DNA of 62,926 bases, counting the filler, from Octopus bimaculoides (Eukaryota), in NCBI RefSeq assembly GCF_001194135.2. It is 5 parts of 4 records of this genome, joined end to end, with 100 filler letters (N's around TTAATTAATTAA, not from the genome) between each part and the next. Parts side by side here need not be neighbours in the genome. Positions count along the whole stretch, not along the records: positions 43,208 to 58,230 come from NC_069002.1; positions 58,331 to 62,926 come from NC_068991.1; 3 more parts are not named here. One strand, written 5' to 3'. The translations under genes were made by a program, and so were the position numbers. Of this stretch, positions 53,793-62,926 are shown piece by piece (position 1 is the first letter of the stretch; each line of letters opens with the position of its first letter). The notes beneath the pieces are model-generated. The model did no database searches. It saw nothing but the letters and a program-made list of their open reading frames with translations, and had not been told where the DNA came from.

Positions 53793-55081
53793 ACCGTGTG
53801 GTGAATAAATTGTCGTCTAAATTACGCAAAAATAAAGATAACACTAATGTCTCATTTTAACAGATATATGTACTAAAATTACATATAAATATCTTGAAAT
53901 ACTAAAGAGCAAATTTATTCAAGGAAATTGCCATTGACTTCAACCACGGCCTCCAGACGACCCCAGAATCTCCTGCAACTCTTTTGGAAGTCTCCTAGTT
54001 TAATTTGGTGAACGCTGCCATAATCCTTGCTTTAGTTCATCTTTGGTGTTACAAAGAGTTTCGTTGGTCTCTCGCTCAACTGGGCCCTACACATAACAAT
54101 CAAGAGGGTTACAGTTTTCGGCGTTAGGTGGCCATATGTCAAGGGTGTTGTGGTCGAAGACTTTTCTGACAACCATGAGTGTCTTCTCCTGCTTGTGTGA
54201 GAAGGTGAAGAATCTTGTTGCCAGACATGGGGTCTTCCAGCAGCCTCCTCTCCTAACCCGGAGCAGCGCTACTTCCTCTAGGCACTTGATGTAGGCCTCC
54301 GCGTTGAATCTGAGACCGCGTGGAAAGATGAATAACGGCATAACATCGCCATCACTAGTGATCACTCTAAGCACCATGATATGTTGACTGGATTTTTATC
54401 ACTCTCGGTACATGTTTTGGGGACACGGCAAGTCAACGGTTGTTCTTTGTGTTCACCATCTGATCCTGTCCGACTTTTTTTGCGTCTGTAAAGAACCAAA
54501 TTATGTTCGGTTGAAGAGGATGCTTGAGTTTGTTCTAAGATTCGTACCGTATTCTTTCCCCCTGTCCTTGATGACTTGGGGTAAAAATTGACCCTTTCTC
54601 ATTTTGTATGTGGTATACCGAATGTTTTCGTGCACTGCCTGCATGATAAGAAATTCAGACACTCCCAAATCACTGGCAATGGACCTGATTGACTTGGAAG
54701 GACCGTTGTCAATCATAGCCTGGATCTCACCAACGAGAGGTTTTTCGTATCAAAACAATCAGAGTAAAAATTCTGAGCTGCCGTACCTTCGTGATTACCA
54801 TTAGATTCATTCAATTCTTCCCGAATCCTCTGCATTGTCCTTAGATTCACAAGCAAACGCTCTGAAATGTTCCTGTTGTAGCTTCCGGCGTGAATGTCAA
54901 GCATTACAGCCTGTCGGTTCCAAATATCTGGCAGAGTAAATTGTGGAATGGTGCTGTTTTACTCACAGACGGTGTGGGGTGGAACCTACTATACTGTGTA
55001 GTCGACTAAATCAAAAGGAACAATGCGCACGCGGGAAATTAAGAATATGATATGGCGACAATTTAACTATCGCACTCTGTA
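53793..55081 (-). mobile_element. Tc1/mariner-superfamily (maT/DD37D-like) transposon, near full length, inactivated
   Basis: ITSDGDVMPLFIFPRGLR.NAEAYIKCLEEV..WPPN..CNPLDCYV, plus N-terminal SIRSIASDLGVSEFLI. Imperfect terminal inverted repeats ACCGTGTGGTGAATAAATTGTCGTC / ACAGAGTGCGATAGTTAAATTGTCGCC, with TA at the right end. Confidence 0.85.
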
Positions 55082-58000
55082 TATACGCTTAGTTTTAGAA
55101 TGGTGGCAGCTGATGAAGGAAATGTTCTCTATGTGGCCTGTGTGTTTTCTGTAATATGTTTATCATTTTGTCCAGGTTTTTTTTTGCAACGTCCTGTACC
55201 CAGATATGCATTTCTATATATATGTAGATGTAGGTATGTACATACATGTACGTATATATGCATATACTCACATATTGTTTGTATTATATATATANNNNNN
55301 NNNNNNNNNNNNNNNNNNNNNNNNNNNNNNNNNNNNNNNNNNNNNNNNNNNNNNNNNNNNNNNNNNNNNNNNNNNNNNNNNNNNNNNNNNNNNNNNNNNN
55401 NNNNNNNNNNNNNNNNNNNNNNNNNNNNNNNNNNNNNNNNNNNNNNNNNNNNNNNNNNNNNNNNNNNNNNNNNNNNNNNNNNNNNNNNNNNNNNNNNNNN
55501 NNNNNNNNNNNNNNNNNNNNNNNNNNNNNNNNNNNNNNNNNNNNNNNNNNNNNNNNNNNNNNNNNNNNNNNNNNNNNNNNNNNNNNNNNNNNNNNNNNNN
55601 NNNNNNNNNNNNNNNNNNNNNNNNNNNNNNNNNNNNNNNNNNNNNNNNNNNNNNNNNNNNNNNNNNNNNNNNNNNNNNNNNNNNNNNNNNNNNNNNNNNN
55701 NNNNNNNNNNNNNNNNNNNNNNNNNNNNNNNNNNNNNNNNNNNNNNNNNNNNNNNNNNNNNNNNNNNNNNNNNNNNNNNNNNNNNNNNNNNNNNNNNNNN
55801 NNNNNNNNNNNNNNNNNNNNNNNNNNNNNNNNNNNNNNNNNNNNNNNNNNNNNNNNNNNNNNNNNNNNNNNNNNNNNNNNNNNNNNNNNNNNNNNNNNNN
55901 NNNNNNNNNNNNNNNNNNNNNNNATATATATATATATATATATATACACATACACAAGGATATGTGTGTGTGCGTTCGTGTTTGTGCGTATTTATGTATG
56001 TATATGCAGAAACAATAGTGACGAAGAATGGAAAGGTATACATCTTTAAAATTTATTTGTAAAAGAAATACTTTCTTTTTAAATATTGCTTTCTGACACG
56101 TGTTTCTGCTGAGTAGGTTTCCATTCATATAATGGTTTATACAGTCAATCGATTTATATTAAATGAATTCTGATACACGTTTTTTATCTAAAAGTTGACA
56201 AACCTATACCTCATTATTTAAGGTAGGTGAAGCTTCACGTTCTAACTTCCGAATGTCCTTTCTTGGCATGCAACCTTCCGTACTCCAATATGATATTTAG
56301 TTTTACATGCTTCAATATTCTAAATTCAATGACTGCTGGTTATAGAATTATCTAAACATCTCTGTCGAATAAAATATTATTTAGAAACTTTATTCCTTTT
56401 ATTAGACATTTAAGCGACACAAAATATTTTTTCTAAATTGTTAATTGTAACTATCATTTTTTGTTGCAATTTCTCAAAACATTATTTATGAGTAATTGCT
56501 TTCCTTCATAATCTGCATTGTCCTTCATTGTCTTCATGTATTTTCCTGATTTTTCCCATTTTCTCATAAGTACTGTGTATTTTCTTCCTTTTTTTAATCT
56601 CGTAAATTATTATCCAAGTTAATTTCTGTCTTGCAGACTCTAAACATGCTGCCTTTTTTTATTTATTTTTTTAAATTCTTTATTTTCATTTTATGCACGA
56701 TTGATTTTGGTAGTAGGGACGTTAGAGTATGAATATTTTGACACTAGTGACATCTTAGTATTCAACTTTTATAAAATTTAAGATCCAAATTGAAAATGAA
56801 ATTTTGCCTAAACTCAGAATTATGATTATGAATTGCAAGTATTTATCATATTTTGAAAATATTGTGTATTTCAATTTGGTTCCGATTTTGAACAGAAAAA
56901 TTCTCAGGAGAAAAATAATCTATGAAATGCAATGAAAAAGGAAAATAGATTATGTATTAGTTAGCCCCAGGGCAGCCCCAGGGCAGCCCCAGCAGAACAA
57001 CTTTATGTTCGCGTTGTTGTTGCTTAGCTGAAGCTCAGCTCTGAGCCATTTATAATTGCATTTCCTTCTTGTTGTTGATGTCGATGTTGTTGCTGTTGTT
57101 GTTGTCGATCGTCTTGTTGGTGGCAGCTATGCTCTTTGTATTGTTATATAACCCCCATTCCGGATGAAACTGGTCTCCCCTATGTTTGCGTTTGGTTGTT
57201 GTTTTCAGTTTTGGGGGTTTGTTTTCCGCTCTTTAGCACAAGGTAAGAGGATTACGCTACGCTGCGCTGTTGTTTTTCAGCCACAGATCAGCTCTGATTC
57301 ACATACGATTCCATTTGGTTCTCGTCGCCATTGTTGCTGTCATTGTTGTTGTTGTTGCTGTTGTTGTTGATGATGATGATGGTGTTGATGTTGAGGACTA
57401 ACACTGATCTTACTACGAACAGCTATGAGTGTAAAAGCATAATGCAAAATGACGCGATATGCTCTATTGACCATCTTATAATTAGTTTCTTGTTTCATTT
57501 AATTATAACACGCCTACACTTCTTGTACACTTTCCTGTTAATTACAAATTTTAATTCTTATGATATTGACATTTCTCATGAAAAAGTGAACCCTGCCTAA
57601 CCAGACACTTGACAAAGTATATTTCACTCTATATTTTAGTAGGGCGAGCAAACATTTTACGGTTCCTGCTTTCACTTTCTGGCCAGCTTAAGAAAGTGTA
57701 GTAAAGTAACGTCACTATTCAATGGAAGAAGTTGAACATCAGATTTTCTTCATGGTAGCTTAGCATATCAACTCCATCGTATATCATTTTCCCACATCAT
57801 CATACGCCTACCACACACACATAGATTTATAGATGCATTTAATATATGCCGATACATAAATGTTTGTTTGTATATGTACACACACACACATACACACACA
57901 ATATGTATATATTCACACATGTATTTCACACACATACACACGTACATATGTGTGTATATGTCTCTTGTGTGTGTGTACATATTCATATATTTTCAAGAAA

Positions 58001-58199
58001 TTCATATAATCAACTACCTAAGCGGTGTAGAACCCTGCTATTACATAAAAGTCAATCACCTTCTCTAAATCATAATGAATTCTGTAAAGCAGTTACATAC
58101 TGATACGGATTTACTATTTAAATATCTCTGGATATGCATGTGTAAGAGCGTATGAGATGTATGTAAGGGCTTTCTGTATGTGTGCGTATATATATATAT

Positions 58200-58230
<31 letters not shown>

Positions 58231-58330
58231 NNNNNNNNNNNNNNNNNNNNNNNNNNNNNNNNNNNNNNNNNNNNTTAATTAATTAANNNNNNNNNNNNNN
58301 NNNNNNNNNNNNNNNNNNNNNNNNNNNNNN

Positions 58331-58541
58331 ATATATTTGTAAGTCCTGCTATTTTTGTTATGTATTTGTCTGAATATTTTTTTATTATACCTAAGGCACC
58401 TACTATGATAGGAATTGTTTCTGTTTTTAGATTCCACATTCGAGTTATCTCTATTTCCAGGTCTTTGTATTTTGAAAGTTTTTCCATTTCTTTTAGAGAA
58501 ACGTTGTCATCTGCTGGTATTGATACATCAATTAGAAAGCA

Positions 58542-58545
<4 letters not shown>
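58331..58545 (-). mobile_element. R4/Dong-like 5'-truncated copy, same subfamily as 43208
   Basis: CFLIDVSIPADDNVSLKEMEKLSKYKDLEIEITRMWNLKTETIPIIVGALG. Its 5' truncation abuts (TAA)n. Confidence 0.92.
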
Positions 58546-58600
<55 letters not shown>

Positions 58601-58606
58601 CTGTAG

Positions 58607-58749
58607 ATGAATTCTACTCTTGAGCCTGATGTTTTACAAGATCTGTTGGAATCATGTGCTGTGTCTTTAACTGAATCTGCTGCCAATTCATTATGTACAA
58701 CTGCTCGATCAACTAACTCTTCTCTTGATGAAGATTTAATGCTACCAAG
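58607..58749 (+). CDS. Uncharacterised gene, coding exon A
   Basis: (TTA)nCTGTAG|ATG...CCAAG|GTAAGT. Open frame MNSTLEPDVLQDLLESCAVSLTESAANSLCTTARSTNSSLDEDLMLP, ending in phase 2. Confidence 0.75.
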
Positions 58750-59887
58750 GTAAGTGTTTTATACAACATACTGCAAACAGTTTAGATTTCAGAAGTGATG
58801 AGAATCGCCTTATAAGGACAGAAAATATGATAATAAACTGCACAATACACTGAAAATTTCAATAATAATTGGTAAGGCATATTGAGCACCCCTGCTTTAG
58901 AGCAACAATCCATCAACAGAACTCTTTCCCCCACCACACACACACAAACATGAAAACATCTATATTTGCACCTATATCTATATCTATATACCTATCACCT
59001 ATATTTGCATCTATATCTCCACCACCACCACCACCACCACCACCACTATCACAGACACCACATTATTAACATAACGTTGAGATCGACTTTGCCTTTCATC
59101 CTTCCTGTGTCAATAAAGTACCAGTTGCTTAACTGGGGTCGATCTAATCGACTGGCCCCTTCCCCAAAATTTTGGGTCTTGTGCCTAGAGTAGAAAATAT
59201 TATTAACACAACCTCATTTACACACAAAATAAGGTTGATCACATGCTGTAGCACAAACAAAAAAGGAGTATTATTAACTACACTGTCATAAACAAAAGTG
59301 ATAAAGGAATAATGGACAACATGCACCAACAGACAAGTGTCACTCACAATAAATACATCACACCAACTAACATAACATCCATCACACATACAAAATTTTT
59401 CAGCTTTCATGGCATACAACATTCTGAAAAATAATACCACAAAGTAGTTGAGTGCATTTCCCTGGTCAGTCACTCCATTTGTTGTCAACACCTACAGAAT
59501 GCCGGACTGAGCATGCTGTGGCTAATGATGTGCAGATAAAGGCTAAGGCAGCCACATCAGTGTTTCCTTGATTGTTGGCAGGTTTGATTGCTATTTGTCA
59601 GAATCACTTTTCTGCAGCTTGTCTCTTTGACTGAACTGCAGTCCTGAATGAAACATAGACTGAAGCAGAGCGCCTGGCACCTAGAGTGTCATCAGGCATT
59701 CACGGCCCTCTGCCTATAGGTCAATGTGATCTTTAGTGTTCTGTATATGTTGAGTGGCAGGTGTTGATGAGAACCATCTGTCTTGTCTGTTCCAGAGGAC
59801 TTTTGGACTAGGACCCATGGATAACTTCCAGAAATCTCTGGCCTGGCAAAGCCACTAGGAGCAGTGCTGGTTTGAGATAAATTCTAC

Positions 59888-60297
59888 AGGTGCAGGAGTG
59901 GCTGTGTGGTAAGTAGCTTGCTTACCAACCACATGGTTCCAGGTTCAGTCCCACTGCGTGGCACCTTGGGCAAGTGTCTTCTACTATAGCCTCGGGCTGA
60001 CCAAAGCCTTGTGAGCGGATTTGGTAGGCAGAAACTGAAAGAAGCGCGTTGTATATATATGTATATATATGTGTGTGTGTGTGTGTTTGTGTTTGTCCCC
60101 CTAGCATTGCTTGACAACCGATGCTGGTGTGTTTATGTCCCCGTCACTTAGCGGTTTGGCAAAAGAGAGCGATAGAATAAGTACTAGGCTTACAAAGAAT
60201 AAGTCCTGGGGTCGATTTGCTTGACTAAAGGCGGTGCTCCAGCATGGCCACAGTCAAATGACTGAAACAAGTAAAAGAGTAAAGAGTCAAAAGAGAG
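59888..60297 (+). mobile_element. SINE family A, full length
   Basis: Near-identical to 21117-21513. Confidence 0.9.
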
Positions 60298-60429
60298 TAT
60301 GGAAGTGCCATTAGTCCACATACATTCAGAATGATGACACTGTTGTACACACCCTTGTCCAGTGCTCGAGCATTGCTGACATGAGGGTTTATATAAAACA
60401 CTGACATAAAACATATATGTAGGATGGAT

Positions 60430-60690
60430 CTGGTTGTCAGCTGAGTCCATTGTGAAAATTGTCCCACTGCCTTCCTTTGGCCGAAAAAGAGAGGCAGTAT
60501 TTATATCTGATGGCCTTAGTGGAAGGTTGTGCGATGGACCAGACTGGAAGGGCCTCATCAACTTTTTCAAGTTCCAGTTGGTAAAAACAAAAGTGAGGCT
60601 AGAGAGGGAAGTGCTGCTTTGCTGCAAATTTGTTGAAAGCCGTGTGAATGTGGCAAGGATGATCATAGTGAATGGCTTGCACTGAGCATG
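60430..60690 (+). mobile_element. Probable L1/Tx1-like LINE ORF2 C-terminal fragment
   Basis: AESIVKIVPLPSF..LINFFKFQL..KVRLEREVL..KFVE..VNVARM resembles Tx1-type C-termini (from recall, not searched). Confidence 0.45.
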
Positions 60691-60946
60691 TGCTTGCAGA
60701 TTGAGGGAGGAGAGTGGGGAGAGGGGGCGCTCACTTTAATGGTGAGGATGACTGTGGTTTTGAAGGGCTTACACAAGCTGCCCTACTTTTGAGATTTTTC
60801 TTGTTTGTATTTTTTGTTTCTTTGTTATTTGACTGTTTACACAGCTTCATGTAACCCTCATTTCATATCATAATGTTCTATCCCAACCTGTCTGTCCTTG
60901 GTCTTTGTATAAACCTTTAATTGTTAATAAAGAAATAATGATGATG

Positions 60947-60980
<34 letters not shown>

Positions 60981-60982
60981 TA

Positions 60983-61018
<36 letters not shown>

Positions 61019-61037
61019 GCTGTTGTTGTTGTTTTAG

Positions 61038-61174
61038 CAACTTAAGTCAGCAAAGCCCTTCTGATGTCTTATCCTCCGTTATGAAGTCTCCTCCCTGCCT
61101 TGCTGATGATGTGTTGCAAAAGTTATTGATAGAAGCAGCTCCAATGAAGTACAAACCCTTGTCTCCAATATCAG
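61038..61174 (+). CDS. Uncharacterised gene, coding exon B
   Basis: GTTTTAG|C...ATCAG|GTAAGT. Phase 2 in and phase 1 out; NLSQQSPSDVLSSVMKSPPCLADDVLQKLLIEAAPMKYKPLSPIS is in frame with exon A. Confidence 0.8.
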
Positions 61175-61577
61175 GTAAGTTGCTAGTTTTCCAATCATCC
61201 TCTGTCTTTGACAGTTTTCTTTCTCATTTAGACAAGGACACACTCTCATATTCTTCAGTAAAACTTAGTCTGATATTGCACAAGAAGTAGAGTGACCAGA
61301 CAGACATGGTATTGGACTGTCAGTTGAAAAATTTTGGTTTCAAATCCGCTGCGCTTTTGAATGGTATATTTATTTCTACATTGCTTCAGTTTACCAAATT
61401 GTCTAAAACAGGCACCTTATTACCTAACGAAGAATGTTTTCTGAGACTCAATAGTGTCCTTCTAAATGGAGACTTGTCTGTCATTTATTTGGCACCATGA
61501 AAATGATGCTCATTGCCATACTTAGCAATAGGGGTTTCTTTCTACTAATGTTTTGTGTTTTTATTTCTGCATTAAAG

Positions 61578-61801
61578 ATAGGTCTAACACCCCTGACCAT
61601 AGCATCTTCAGAAGTTGTTCAAATCTCAGCTCATGCACACTGTCCAGTTTCAACAGCCCCAGGAAAGAGTTCACCAACTCAAACATGTCTGCAAGTCAGT
61701 CTCCTTCTAAAGTCCAGGATTATTCATTACCAGAACTTTCTTGTCGAGCTAGCCTGGTTGGACACGATGTTAGTTCACCTGAATCCACTTCAACACAATG
61801 A
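61578..61801 (+). CDS. Uncharacterised gene, terminal coding exon C
   Basis: T-rich tract then TTAAAG|AT. The phase-1 join gives DRSNTPDHSIF...SPESTSTQ*. AATAAA occurs at 61842 and 61863. Confidence 0.75.
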
Positions 61802-62438
61802 ATTTATGATAGACAGGTTTGAAACATATATTTGAATATCAAATAAACAATTGTTGATTCTGAATAAAACAAATATAAAAAGTTTAAAATACATGATTTG
61901 CTCTTTTATTTCTTTCCCAAATTCACACTATTTCACATATATATTTTTCTTTTCCTCTGGGAAAAGGTAGCTGTGTATTTGTATAAAGATGAGGAGAAAT
62001 ATGAAATCAAGAAACCTTGATGCCTTCAGTGTGGGTGTGAGTAATGTAAGTGAAATAAAAACAGTTTCAGCCATTTACGTAAACCATTTTAGGAGGCAAC
62101 TCAGAGCATTGAAAATGTTGAAGTATATCAATATCATACATTGTCACATGGTTTATAATTTGTATCCATGTGAGTGAAATTAGGGAGATGGAAAGTGGAG
62201 TATAAGTCTATAGTTGTGTTGCAGTATGCACACTGACTGCCTGAGTGTGGAATACCCTGAAATTTATCTGCTAATTGAATGACCAAGGAGCTGAGTTAGT
62301 TGAACAAGCGGATGCACTTGTTGAAATGGAAATCCATTTATTGTGTTTCGAAAAACTTTCTGTAGATAAACTGTAATGAAATGCTTTTAGATTTATAAAT
62401 TATACTTTTAAGCTAAGGGAAGTAGACAGTAGTTAATA

Positions 62439-62832
62439 CTCTTTACTCTTTTACTTGTTTTAGTTATTTGACTGTGACCATACTGGAGCACTGCCTTTAG
62501 TCAAGCAAATCGACCCCAGGACTTATTCTTTGTAAGCCTAGTACTTAGTCTATCGGTCTCTTTTGCCGAACCACTAGATTACGGGGACGTAAACGCACCA
62601 CCATCGGTTATCAAGCGATGTTGGGGGGACAAACACAGACACACAAACATATACACACACATACACACATATATACATATATACAACAGGCTTCTTTCAG
62701 TTTCTATCAACCAAATCCACTCACAAGGCTTTGGTCGGCCCAAGGCTATAGTAGAAGATACTTGCCCAAGGTGCTACGCAGTGTGACTGAACCCAGAACC
62801 ATGTGGTTCGTAAGCAAGCTACTTACCACACC
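62439..62832 (-). mobile_element. SINE family A, near full length, reverse orientation
   Basis: Reverse complement of the 59888 copy. Confidence 0.9.
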
Positions 62833-62926
62833 TAAATATTTATATTTAGCTAATATTCATATTGAGTTAATATTTACTCATATACTAAATACTAATAATG
62901 TAGCTAGAACTGATTTCAAATTTTGG

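Larger units (their letters stand above)
1..62926. repeat. Pervasive microsatellites: (TA)n, (CA)n, (GA)n, (TAA)n, (TAGA)n, (GAT)n, (GGT)n, (TAC)n
   Basis: Directly visible throughout the window. They account for most ORF-track entries. Confidence 0.98.

Noticed and set aside
56195-56222. Micro-exon candidate AAAG|TTGACAAACC...TTAAG|GTAGGT upstream of the plus-strand gene
   Set aside because: Its only open frame ends in phase 2 and would create a stop on joining exon A; there is no other support.
2825-58068. Numerous ORFs of poly-(YI), (CV), (HT), (LS), poly-I/L/Y/S/V or X runs, including 30844-31656 and 34476-35006
   Set aside because: They are translations of microsatellites or N-gaps, with no domain, splice support or codon structure.
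7776-58286. Recurrent TTAATTAATTAA 12-mer
   Set aside because: It is always centred in 100-bp N-gaps, so it is an artificial scaffold linker and not a biological motif.
21117-62832. tRNA-like heads of SINE families A, B and C considered as tRNA genes
   Set aside because: Only A/B boxes are retained, with no complete cloverleaf, and each continues into a SINE body and tail.

Overview
Eukaryotic, AT-rich, microsatellite-saturated animal DNA with about 25 N-gaps (~8.8 kb). The SINE/LINE complement and the Pax6 peptide suggest a cephalopod, probably Octopus (inference). Only one recognisable host-gene exon is present: a 153-nt phase-1/phase-1 Pax6 exon on the minus strand (15626-15778; linker plus start of the homeodomain). 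No other Pax6 exon was found, so most of the window is probably Pax6 intron. Near the right end, three plus-strand exons (58607-58749, 61038-61174, 61578-61801) splice in frame into an unrecognised 167-aa Ser/Pro-rich protein with two LxxLL motifs, possibly nested antisense within Pax6. The rest is degraded mobile DNA: a Penelope-like GIY-YIG element, CR1-type LINEs, R4/Dong-like RLE LINEs flanked by (TAA)n, a Hero-like and a Tx1-like fragment, Tc1/mariner elements and three tRNA-derived SINE families. Most unusual items: a fold-back array of a ~320-bp unit carrying a 73-nt tRNA-like cloverleaf with a 9-nt anticodon loop and its own T6 terminator (6553-7297); a GIY-YIG domain split by an in-frame ~125-codon low-complexity insert; and a candidate degenerate minimal hammerhead ribozyme in the Penelope 3' end. 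No CRISPR, rRNA or prokaryotic system is present. Almost all listed ORFs are simple-repeat or gap artefacts.
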